From Sphyrna mokarran (taxonomy: Eukaryota): a stretch of 64,000 bases of DNA. Position 1 is the stretch's first letter; the number at the start of each line of letters is the position of its first letter. The notes below the pieces were generated by a model. That model ran no database searches, was not told the origin of the DNA, and was given only the letters and a program-made list of their open reading frames with translations. Positions 52,858 to 64,000 of the stretch are shown here, in pieces. The DNA is taken from positions 115,816,001 to 115,880,000 of the forward strand of contig JAGIQG010000001.1 in NCBI GenBank assembly GCA_024679065.1, in the 5' to 3' direction. Position numbers and translations under genes: made by a program.

Positions 52858-53320
52858 ACAACAGGGTATTCCTGGAGTGAAAACTGAGTCTGCCTGTCCA
52901 AAGCACTGATACTAAAAGGCTGAGTTGAATGTGGGATTCCTGCGTGTTCTTCATACCCTGCCCCCTTCCCCTTATTGTAAAGTGCGCATGCCAGAAATGA
53001 GAGCTAGGGTTTCCAGTTCCAGATCCCATCTGTCTTTTTAAAGTTTGAAGTTTTTACCAGACTCTGCAAATTCCAACTTTTAGTTGCTTAACAGGATACT
53101 GAAGAGTGAACTGCTGCCAGATGTACTAGTATAGACTACAACATAAAATACTGATGCATAACTCTTATGGATCTCAGCAACCTTTTTGTCCATCAACTAA
53201 GTGACTATTCCACATGTGTAATCTTCAATACTGAGCATTTTTAGGATATTTAACAGTGGAGTGCATCAAACTAAATCCTATTTTTGCCTGGTATGGGCTG
53301 AACCTCAATTGGTTCACTAA

Positions 53321-53428
53321 AAGAACATAGAACATTACAGCGCAGAACAGGCCCTTTGGCCCTTGATGTTGCGCCGACCAATTAAGAAAAAGCAATGACC
53401 CTCTAAGAAAAAGCAATGAACCTCTAAG
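53321..53428 (-). mobile_element. CR1 3' tail fragment followed by a 21-bp tandem duplication
   Basis: aagaacatagaacattacagcgcagaacaggccctttggccc; then taagaaaaagcaatga(c/a)cctc twice at 53383-53424. Confidence 0.8.
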
Positions 53429-54149
53429 TATCCATCAGAAAAAGGAATGTCAGCTCCATCAGTCAGGTATACACATGATTCCAGTCTCACACTATGGAGC
53501 TGACTTTAATATGCTTAGACGATAAAAATTGGCTTGCCTGTATCACCCATATCCCAAGAACAAATTTAAAAATAACACGTTTATTTTTCATCAATCAAGA
53601 TAGGGACCCTGGAGGATTTTCCTTTAGTCAAAGCACACAAGGCCAATTGTAGCACATCAACTGCTGACTATAGACTCTTTTTTCACAGCTTTAACACCAG
53701 CTGCAGTCCTCATTAAAGGGTTCAAGGACATTGTCCTATTTTTCCTGCCTCTCAAAAAAAAGCTAAGAGAAAGGCACTGTGATGACCTAGCAATGCATTG
53801 CAGGTCAATCCGCACCCAATTTAATATATTGGGTCTAACCCTTCTTCAGAATGGTTCTGACTGAAGCTTGTTATGATCTAACCATTTCTGTGTTTACTGA
53901 AATTAGTTAACATTTATTGTAAATGTTCCTGCACTAAGCAACTGGAGAAAATTCATAAGAGTTATGCTACAATGTATGTGATATGAAGGCAAATTATACA
54001 TTTGTTCTGTTTAAAAAAAAAAGTTTGTTCTTTATTAAATTATAGAAGAAATTATTCAGGAAGAAACAAATCGGTATAGAATATTTTATTGAGTATGACA
54101 CAAATCACATTGTCCCCATTTTTTGGGCAACACTTACTGATCATGATTT

Positions 54150-54415
54150 GCTTTTTGCCATTTTAGCCCCTTTTGTTTCTTTACCCATCCTATTTCCATC
54201 TCTTTATGCCTTTCACCACCATCTCTTTGTCACTTAAGTACTCTTGCTTTCAATCCTATTATCAGCCTTCCCTTTTATTTTTTCTCACTTTCCTTGCCCC
54301 GTACCTTGCTAAATCTGTTGCGTAGCTAACATTTACCAGTTCTGATGAAGCATCAGTGACCTGAAACATTAACTGTTTCTCTCTTCACAAATGCTGTCTG
54401 ACCTGTTGAGTGCTA
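54150..54415 (+). mobile_element. Penelope-like 3' region with hammerhead motif at 54338-54374
   Basis: Pyrimidine-rich leader, then agtt-CTGATGA-agcatcagtgacct-GAAA-ca-TT-aact, then aaatgctgtctgacctgttgagt as in 52722-52857. Confidence 0.65.
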
Positions 54416-55177
54416 ACCTGTTTCAGGAACTAAAATATTTTGCTGTTACTGGTGGTAGTGTTGGCAAAAATGGACTAGGATGTGCAAAGCAACAATTACA
54501 TTTCTTCAAGATGCAAGGGCTCTGGTGAGTTCAAAATACAATTAACCTTGTGGACCACAAAAAAAAATGGCTCTGTTCCCCAGTGATATAATGTGACAAG
54601 TATGAGCTGATTTATTTCCCAAAAAGACAAAAAATATTAAAGAGGTATTTCATGCAGTTGTTCATCTTTGTCTTCTTAATGTTCTCTGTAATAAATCTGT
54701 TGGAGCTTAATTACATTTTTTTCCCTATCACAGTAACAATTTGAAGAGATAATGTTGTTGCCATACTCCACACTCCCCTAAAACTGTCATCAAACACATA
54801 TTTCAAAGTAAAAGATGTTACGCTAATAGTTTGCTTAATAAGAAAAGCACCACAGGATGTAAAACTAGCCAATGCCACCAGCACAATACAAGCTCATAAC
54901 AATTCGACCCCAACAGAATTCACCACCTGGGTGTCCTTGGGTAGCATCTGAGTTAATCGATCACTGTATGCTTGATCCTGATGGTGAATGAACTATTACC
55001 TTTGGCAAAGTTGGGATCCTGATGTGAACTAGAAGAGAGGGAATTTCTTCACACCATCAAGATGGCTTTACATTTAGATCCAAGTTCCAGAAGAGAGAGC
55101 AGAATGCACTAATTCAGTGAACATTCAATCCTACTGAAGGAGGAACTCTAGTTAAGTGAATAATGATGGCCTACGCG

Positions 55178-55486
55178 AAAAGTTTAAAGTTTATTTAATA
55201 GTGTCACAAAATAGGCTTATATTAACACTGCAATGAAGTTACTGTGAAAATCTGCTTATCACCATATTTGGACACCTGTTCAGGTACACCGACGAAGAAT
55301 TTAGCATAGCCAATGCACCTAACCGGCACATCTTTTCAACTGTTCGAGGGAACCGGAGGACCAGAAGGAAACCTATGCAGACATGGGGAGAACACGCAAA
55401 CTCCATTCAGACAATGATCTGAGGCAAGAATCAAATCTGGATCCCTGACGCTGTGAGGCAGCAATGCTAATCATTGCGCCACCATG
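55178..55486 (-). mobile_element. V-SINE, tail type B
   Basis: aaagtttaaagtttatttaatagtgtcacaaaataggcttatattaacactgcaatgaagttactgtgaaaat plus body and head. Confidence 0.9.
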
Positions 55487-56459
55487 AAATTCTGTAATTG
55501 AGGATTAAAGAACAAGAGATAGATGCTAGTTAGAATGCCACAACCTCTCTTGATAATATTTAGAATTAGACAACAATTTCTATCAATACACTTCCCATTT
55601 AATAGAGTATTGCTCCAAATCATCATGATTCATACATTAAAAGGACCAAACTGAATATGATTAATGCTTTGCACTTTTGAACTCCCTCCTCCAGTCTATT
55701 AAAACTGTCTCTTGACTACTAGCATTTGCCAATGAAATCTGATCTTTACTCACTGTCCTTGAGCCTGGTTTAAAAGCAGGGTCTCCAAGGTAAACACTAA
55801 GTGTATTCTAATTTCATCAGGAATAGTTTTTTTTCCCAGTAGGATGTCAGTATATTTTTAATGAGAAAGTAAAAACCTGACAATAAAAATATTTGAACAA
55901 AATTGAACAAAGCTTCCAACGTCTATTGATAAAGAAAATTGCCCCCAAAACAGATAAATTGGAGTAACTCATCACTTGAGTGCACTCATATGGTCAGAAA
56001 ATTCTGGCTGGTGAATTAATATGACAAATACTCCCAATATATGTTCCCAGATACACTTCTAAATAAAGGATGCTGAAAAAAAAACATGATTTCTGATTAG
56101 TTTGGTGGTAGAAATGAATAATTTATTGATATCTGCAAATAAACTTGGTAAACCCTGGTGCTATTACCAGTCTATATTCAAGTGTGAGGAGGAAATTGAA
56201 GTGGAATTGTGAAAGTGGAAAAGATTCTGAACTGCAAATTATATGTGGTGGGATCCATCAAAGTATAATTAAATACAACTTCTATTAAAAGTGGTCCACA
56301 ATTTCTGGGGAATGGAATCACAGCCAGATTGTCACTCTGCTCCTACTTACTTGCACTAAAATGCACCTTTCTCACCTTATTTAATGACTCAGGCTGGATG
56401 AGAAAGGACCAATCACATTCAGAAGCCAAAGAGTAGCCAAGTGTGTAAGGTAACTGTAT

Positions 56460-56795
56460 AGGGTGGGAGGGCTGGGAGTCAGGTGGGGTGGTAAGTGGAG
56501 AAAGTCAAAAGTGGTCAGTGGGATGTGGAGGGCAGTCAGGTTGTTGGGGCCTAGTCAGGGGTGTGGGGAGAGGATTTGTGAAGGGAAAACTGAGGGATTG
56601 GGGGGAGGGGGTAATCAAAGGAGTTGGCAGTGACAGTTTGAAATCAGTGAGGTCAGATGGGGCTTGGGCCTTGTAGGGATTTCAGAGGGTAACTGGAGTT
56701 GGGAGCCGTGGACACGAGGGAGGGGACGATCAGTGAGATGGGGAAGGGGCAGTAGGGTGGTACTGGGGACTGGGTTCCTTGAGGATGGGGGGCTC
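56460..56795 (+). repeat. G-rich tract with many G3+ runs
   Basis: gggtgggagggctggg, ggggtgtgggg, gggggggagggg and similar runs. Confidence 0.7.
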
Positions 56796-57256
56796 AATCG
56801 TATTGTTAACCAAGATTTATAAGTGGTTTTAATTCATCTGAAAACTTTTCCTAGGTAACCATTTCTATTAGACAGTCAGAACCATCTAAAATTTGTGACT
56901 TAAATTGAAGTACCAGAGAGTTCCCATTGCAGTTTCAACTCCCCAGATAATTGCCGCGCAATCTTCACATAGGTATCTTCTTAGACGGGGTGGCTTCCAT
57001 TAGTTATGGAGTCCATTACAATCAGTTATCTTGTGGTGCATCATTGTGTTATGTAGGCAAACATTAGAAGTACAGGATCTTTTGGCTATTAAAGGGCTCC
57101 CTGGAGGTGCTGGCCTGGCACCTGCTTGCAAAGCACTCACAGGTGAACTTGTGTTCACCAGCACGAGGGATCAATGCCCCACCCCAGTTGCCCCACCCTG
57201 CCGACTGTCCCAAATCCCCACATTGCTCAGGGTGACCAACTTCCCAGATTTTACGT

Positions 57257-57526
57257 GGGCAGCACGGAGGCTCTGCTGCCTCACAGTACCACAGACCCAG
57301 GATCGATTCCCGGCTTAGGTAACTGTCTGTGCAGAGCCTGCATGTCAGTGTGGGTTTTCTCTGGGTGCTCAGGCTTCTTCCCACAGTCCTTGTTAGCTGA
57401 ATTGGCCAAACTAAATTCTCCCTGTATACCCAAACAGGCGCCCGAGTGTGGCAACTTGGGGATTTTCACAATAACTTCATTGCAGTGTTAAGGTAAGCCT
57501 ACTGTGGCACTAACAAATAAAGTAAA
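57257..57526 (+). mobile_element. V-SINE, tail type B
   Basis: gggcagcacgg head; ggggattttcacaataacttcattgcagtgttaaggtaagcctac tail. Confidence 0.88.
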
Positions 57527-58269
57527 TAGCCATTACATATTTGATTTGGTTTCTCCATGCCCTGAGTTAACTGTTGAGGATGTGCTCACCCTTTAATTAA
57601 TATTTTTAAATCACACCCACCCTTGCTCCATCCCCTACAGCCTGATCTTTATATCTGGCATCCTCACTCACCACTTGATAACTCCTCTCTCCCTGCTGTC
57701 ACAGATTCACTATACGCACTCCAGCCCCATGCACCCCTCCCCCTTGATTACAGGTTCGCCACATCAAAGTGCCGCTTAATATTTTTCCCTGACAGTCAGT
57801 CACCCTGATGCATCATTTAAAGGGATACACATCAAACTTTATGGTGAGGTTTATTTGACTTGCATCTTCCATGACAAAGTTTGTGGAAGCATCATGGAGC
57901 GTTGTGGTGAGGACTGTGGGGTATTACATCTGAATGGGTTTTAAAGAAGTACTTATAGTCTGAAGTGAATAGTCTACCAGAACTATTTACAAATATTCAG
58001 CAAAGGATACAAGCTAGGAGTGGTCTCTGTGCAGTGCTAACTCCAAACTGACCCCCCGGTGTGCTTTCTTACATCACTGTATGGATGGCATTGTATTCAG
58101 TGTGTACCATGTACCAAGCTCTTATACTACAGTGAGCTGGTGAGTTTATCAGGCAGTGTTATTATATTCTCACAGAAAGATTGATGATCTGCCCACACAG
58201 AGATTATAACGGATAGGAAGTGTAATTGCAGCCCCTCTAAATCTGACAGACAAATGGAGCAGAAGATGC

Positions 58270-58520
58270 AGAGATGAAATTGTCTCCACAGAAGACACTA
58301 TCACCATGGAATTTCATGGAGAGATATCTCCACCTCAGCAAGGAGCAATGCCTGAAGCACCTGAGATTCACAAAGATGGTGTTGAGTGTTCAGTCAGCTG
58401 GCAGCATGGGTTACATTTGGCATAAAACTACAATCAGGCATACGTGTTCAAAAAGGGAAGAGAACAAGTTTTAGTCTGTTATATTTAAAAGCTGGACAAT
58501 ATCAAACAGCTTTGTTTTAT
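58270..58520 (+). pseudogene. Harbinger transposase N-terminal remnant
   Basis: RYLHLSKEQCLKHLRFTKMVLS in ORF 58274-58474, similar to RCLTFTKELVT at about 39120. Confidence 0.6.
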
Positions 58521-58534
58521 ATATTGTCAGGTCT

Positions 58535-59408
58535 TGCTGCAGTTGTCCATATCTACATGCTGCTCGACCTGGACAACATTCAAACTTGGACTGATAAATG
58601 TTAAGTAACATTTGTACCACAATGATGGCAGGCAATGACCATCTGGTTAGAGGGAATATAACCATCTCCCCTTTGCATTCAACGGCATACCATTGCTGAA
58701 TCCCCCATCAACACAGCACGCTGGAGGTTCCCATCGACCAGAAACTGAAGCAACCATATAAATACTATGACCAAAAGAGCAAGCCAAAGGCTGGGAATTC
58801 TGCGCAGAGTAAATCACCTCATGTCTCCCCAAAGCTCATCCACCATCTACAAAACACAAATCAAGAGTACGATAGGACACTGCTCACTTGTCTGGATGAA
58901 TCCAGCTCCAACAACATTCAAGAAGCTTGATACCATCCAGCACAAAGCAAGCCATTTGATTGGCATTTCATTCTCCACCTTAAACATTTATTCCATTTCC
59001 ACTGACACACACTGGTAGTGTGTCCCATCTGCAAGATGTACCGTATCTACTGACCAAAGTTTGTGGCAGCACCTTCCAAATTTGCAATGTCTACCAGCTA
59101 GAAGGTCAAGGGCAAAACCTGCATGGGAAATCACTGCCTCTATGTTACCCTCCAAGCGACCACACCATCCTCTCTTAGAACTACATCACCATTCTCTTCA
59201 GCATCACTGGGTTTAAATCCTGGGATTCCACTCCTCATCTCGCCCCCTTCCCTCCCCCGCCCCCCAACAGCAGGGTGAGTTTACCCACAGCATATGGACT
59301 GCAACAGTTTAAGAAGGCAGCTCACCACCACCTTCTCAAGGGCAACTAGGGATAAGGAACAGGTGCTGACCTAGCCAGTGACGCCCACAATCTGTGAAAG
59401 AATAAAAA
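58535..59408 (+). mobile_element. CR1-group LINE 3' portion
   Basis: DLDNIQTWTDK, KRASQRLGILRRVNHLMSPQSSSTIYKTQIKS..TTFKKLDTIQHKASHLIG; tail gcagctcaccaccaccttctcaagggcaa..gaataaaaa. Confidence 0.88.
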
Positions 59409-60600
59409 CATAAATGATCAATCATCGGATTTTTTTATTTTCCTTGTTACTAACCATAACCTATTTGGCATGAAGTCAATCTCAATGAACTCCTGACCTT
59501 CCTTCTACATTGTTGCTTGGCTGCCTCACTTAATCATTTGTTTGCTCTCTGTCCTAGTATAATGTTAGACATTTTCTATTTGAACAGAATCGATTTTCAT
59601 TCCATTTTTTCAGTCTTTTAAGACAAAATTAAACTGTTCTTAGTCTGGACACTTGCACAAATGAATTCTTTCAAATATAGTAAGAGATAGATTTTATAAC
59701 AACTTTTGTAAATTGGGGAACTAGCAAACAGAACCTGCTGGGAGTGCACAATACGGCGATCAGAGAGGAGAGGACCATGCCTCGGCAGTGCCCGGGCACT
59801 TCCAAGGGAGACTGCTAGAGGTTTCTTTTGGGGGGAGGGGTGATGTCAGGGGTTCAGTGGTGAATGGGGAGAATCATTGTGGTGGTGGTATTTGGGAGGG
59901 TTCTGTCGTGGTGGGGGAAGAGGGGGATCTCCATTTCATAGGGTCCCTGTTTTTTTTTAAACTTTTCTTTGACATCCAGTGCCCGAATCTCTGTACAGCT
60001 GCTGTTTTAGCGGGACGGGTCACGCTCCACTCCAGGGTGATGTTGTGGCAGCAGCTTCCTGATTTTCTTTCAGCAAAGTGGTTGAAGATATGATGGGAAA
60101 AGCCAGCAGTGCAGGCTGAAGGGCTACATACTGCCTTTCCTGCTCGAGTTCTCACTTTGTCAAAAAATGGCAAAATTCCATACAATACTATAGAAATCTC
60201 AGTGCCTATTTCCAAATACATTCTCTGTAATTTTCTCCTTCTGCATTATCAGATCACAGATAGTTCACTGCACTTCACTTCATATCCAAGTCTGGGGGAC
60301 TAGCCACACAAGCAAGCTGTATCAATATGGGTAGCTAAGCACTTCACCTCCTGATCTAGCTGTCCTTTAACTCGGTTTGGGTATCAGGGTTCACAAGATG
60401 ATGGAAATACAAATAAGACACACAATCTCATTAAAATACTTAAAATTCCAACCCACCTCCAGAATTCAGATTTTCAACATTTTGTACCAAACTCACTGCC
60501 CACTGAAACCCATCAATTTGTTTCTTTGTGGTTAAAATTTTGCCTATTCTCTCAGGGGATCTGTGACAACTGAGTAACTACTACAGAAATTCTTTCATTT

Positions 60601-60801
60601 CACTGGTTCCCCCACAAGCTATGTTCTCAGGCCCCTATACTTCTGTGGCTTTGTGGCCAAATTCCCCTCAAACTCAATTTTCAAATTTACTGATAACATC
60701 ACCATAGTGGGTCAGATTTCAAACAATGACGAGATAGAATACAGGAATGAGATAGAGAATCTGGTGAACTGGTAGGGCAACAGAATGAAGGAGATTGTCA
60801 T
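60601..60801 (+). mobile_element. Rex1/Babar-type RT fragment
   Basis: FVAKFPSNSIFKFTDNITIVGQISNNDEIEYRNEIENLVNW (degenerate FADDT motif). Confidence 0.8.
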
Positions 60802-60825
60802 ATCAGAGGAACGTATCAATTGCCC

Positions 60826-61050
60826 GATATCAGAAGGACGGTTTTTATGCAGGGGGTGCTGGGGGCCTGGAATGCACTGCCGAATAGGGTGGTGGAGGCA
60901 GACACGCTGTCATCGTTTAAGAATTACCTGGATAGTCACATCAGCAGCCTGGGAACGGAGGGAAACAAACAAAATGTCTATATGGACTAATGCATGGCAC
61001 AGCCTTGGAGGGCTGAAGAACCTGTTCCTGTCATCATGTACATTGTTGTG
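60826..61050 (+). mobile_element. CR1 LINE 3' end
   Basis: ttttatgcaggggg..gcctggaatgcactgcc..ggtggtggaggcagacac..gggctgaagaacctgttcctgt. Confidence 0.8.
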
Positions 61051-61064
61051 ACATGTATGCAAGT

Positions 61065-64000
61065 TTACATTTCAAAATGAACCTTCATTCTCACCTGTTT
61101 CCTAATTTTAGCCAAATGTTTGATTACATTCTTCTTTTCATTCAGCTCTGTAATGACTGGTGAGTTGTGTCGTTTTAGTTCCAGAGTTATTTGTAGAGTT
61201 CTTAATAAATTTAGTAACCTTGTCTGGACATTCTGCTCCTTTCTGAACGTTTCTTGTCTGGTCACTGACTGCTATTTAGAGTCTTTCAATTCATTTGTTA
61301 CATCCTTATTGTATTCCTTAGAATTTTCCTTGTTGTTTTCAAAGTCTGAATTTGCTCTTCTATACTTTGCATCTTGTCCATCATTCTGTTCGGGTTGTAT
61401 CAGAGTTCAACAATTTCAGACTTTGTCATTAATTCTGCATTCAAGCAACTGAAGAAGTTTCTTCAAAAGAAGCAATTCTTTCACATTGTGGGCATTGTTC
61501 CCGATACTTACTTGAGACTTCTGATGCTTGAAGTTGCTCAAGTTTTAATTGAAGAACTCTTTGCTTCCATAATCCTACATTTAGGGTTTTGAGTCATTCA
61601 TCAATGGTTAGTTTCCTGGAGCAGGACTCCAGTGTTATCATCAGTTTTCATTTTTCGTGAACAAACTCATCTTTCCTATGTGAAAGTTAATTCCATTCAT
61701 ATTTATCTTTGGAAATTTAATGTTTTTCCAAATTTTCTTCTAAATGCCTAAACATTTTATCAAGTTCTGTAGTCTCTCTCTTGTACCTCTTAGCTTCCTC
61801 CTGGAATATAGAACATTCTTGAGTCTCTTCTGCCAAATGGTTCTTCAATACTTTGAGTAGCATTAAATTTATTTTGTTTCACTTTATAATATTACAGAGG
61901 AATGAACTTTGACCTGAAGAATCTTCACAGCATGTAAAAGGTCTTTCAATAGGCTATCCTTTTCATTGTGAAGTTTAATTACTTTGTCTTCAGTTTTCAT
62001 GTGATTTAACAGTTTCATTGAGTTTGTTCAGCTGTTGTGGCACTCATGGTAGCCTTTATTCCTCCCCGCTGCTTTTGAATTTATTCTTGAAAGACCATTA
62101 GCTGTTCTTTCAACTGTTTTGATTCTTGTTCGGGTCTGGTCTCCTCACACTGCACTTCAGTGCATTGTTTTGTCACTACTTCAATGCAGCTTTTTCTAAA
62201 ACAGTATTCAAATTCTTTTTTAGTTCCTTGTGTTCTTTCAGGGACTCTTATTGATTCTTGAAAGAGTCTTTCAAGGCTGTAACACCTTTGCATATGTTTT
62301 CTACCTAATGCTATGCCTGTCTATACAGGTTGAGTTTCTTTTTATCCATTCATGGGGCATGGGCGTCACTGGCTGGCCAGCATTTATTGACCATTTCTAG
62401 GTGGTGGTGACCCGCCTTCTTGAATCACTGCAGTCCATGTTCTGTGAGTCGACTCACAATACCGTAAGAGGGGGAATTCCAGGAATTTGAATCAGCGGCT
62501 GTGAAGGATATATTTCCTAGTCAGGATGGTAAGTGGCTTGGAGGGGAACTTGCAAGTGGTGGTGTTCCCATTTATCTGTTGCCCTTGATGTTTTAGATGG
62601 AAGTAGTTGTGCATTTAGAAGGTGCTGTCTAGGGATCATTGGTGAATTGCTGCAGTATATCTTGTAGCTAGTACACAGGATAGTACACCGCTACTCAGCA
62701 TCAGCGGTGGGGGGATTAAATATTTGTAGCTGTAATGTCAATTAACACTTGACATTATTAGTCAATAATGCAGGCTGCTTTGTCGTGGATATCAAGCTTC
62801 TTGAGTGTTGTTAGAGCTACACCCATCCAACCAATTGGAAAGTATTCCATCAGACTCCTGACTTATGCCTTGCAGTTTTTTTCCAATTCCTGCTTCAATT
62901 TGCCAACCATAAGTCTGAGTTGTAAATTTCCTCCTGGTTTTTGTGAATCTGGAATTCTGTTTGTTCAAATCTCAAGCAGTTTGGTTCATCATGTATTTTC
63001 CAAACATGTATGCTCAGCTCATTTTTTGTGTTGCAAATCTTCCAGTTCAGCTTTGATGCAAACATTTCCCGAGTATGCTTCTGCTCTTTCTTGTACCTGC
63101 AGCAGAGCTTTATCCTGGTCATTCACTGCCAGCTGTTTTTGCAATTCTGGAAATGTGTTGGAATCTCCGAAAAAATACATCTTTGGAAGTGTGTTTCCCT
63201 TTGATCATTTTGCTGAGGGTTTTCTATACCTTTTTTTAAGCTTTGCATACTCCTCAACTTGAAGATTAAAATACTCATCAAAGGTTTTTAATATTTCACT
63301 GATGTTTGAGGATTCAGTGCCTTGAGTTAGGATTAATTCATCCACAAGGAGAGTAAACTAGTATGATAAAGTATTAATCTGATATCTGACTTAATCCTGA
63401 TATACTGCTGTAACCTAGAAATTCCAATTCCCACCATGCCCAATTTAGGGTCCGATTTCTCCCTTTGATCAGCTTAAATTAGCCTAGTTGTTTTAATTTT
63501 CTATCCCAAGCTGTTTTTGCACAACAGGTGAGCACCCTTTTTTTTAAGGCTGGCTCTGCAGTAATCATTTCTTTTCTTCTCTTTGATCTTCCCATACTGT
63601 TCAGACTTTGCCAGGTTCCCTTTGCACTGATGGAGCTTTATTTTAAAAACATTCTCTCTGCAGGAAATCTTCAAAACATGTAGACAGATTCTAATCCGTG
63701 GTTAAATATTAAAAAGCGTAAATTTTGCTTTAAGAGCTTTCTGAATTTCAAGCTGGCACTGCCAATCACTTGAGATTTGCCATACTTGCTGGTTTTGGCA
63801 CACACTGAAGTAACGGCGATTGCACACAGCTTGAATTTGTTTTTCTCAGCAAAGGCTGAGTTCTCTTGCTCAGCACTTTCCTTTTCGGCTCATGAGGCCA
63901 TCAAATTCTAGCTTCTGCTGGCCTTTTACTGTGCTCAACAATCACGATATCCCAAAAATCTTTCTTGATTTTTATTTCATTTGATGAGCTCTGATTCAGG
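61065..64000 (-). pseudogene. Decayed intronless coiled-coil reading frame with an internal Gag-like segment; continues beyond the window
   Basis: E/K/Q/L-rich peptides in shifting frames (LKVLKNHLAEETQECSIFQEEAKRYKRETTELDKMFRHLEENLEK; EQESKQLKEQLMVFQE; ESAEQENSAFAEKKQIQ); many stops; split by a LINE. Confidence 0.65.
62335..62875 (-). mobile_element. CR1-group LINE 3' portion inserted in the pseudogene
   Basis: Reverse complement of 58860-59408 (gggcgtcactggctggccagcatttattg..ggtggtgacccgccttcttgaa). Confidence 0.88.

Noticed and set aside
2128-57526. Apparent minus-strand excess of V-SINEs as a sign of host-gene orientation
   Set aside because: Too few copies for the modest bias to be meaningful.
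62768-63262. 164-aa plus-strand ORF
   Set aside because: Antisense shadow of the LINE and the coiled-coil pseudogene.
1-64000. CRISPR array, operon or other prokaryotic system
   Set aside because: No regularly spaced repeats and no gene-dense coding; the sequence is vertebrate repeat-rich DNA.

Overview
Repeat-rich, AT-rich vertebrate non-coding DNA (intronic or intergenic). The repeat content points to a cartilaginous fish, probably a shark; this is inferred from HE1/V-SINEs, Deu-domain SINEs, CR1 and Rex1 LINEs, Penelope-like elements and PIF/Harbinger remnants. I found no convincing host protein-coding exon, and almost all ORFs in the track are SINE/LINE-derived or chance. All family names come from recalled motifs, not database searches, and boundaries are approximate. 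Best leads: (1) a Penelope-like inverted repeat with hammerhead ribozyme cores, plus two further hammerhead-like sites; (2) a decayed ~3 kb coiled-coil reading frame at the right end with an embedded Gypsy Gag-like domain; (3) one V-SINE body with two alternative 3' tails; (4) several two-gene Harbinger fossils with an apparently spliced Myb/SANT gene. None is demonstrably a new functional system.
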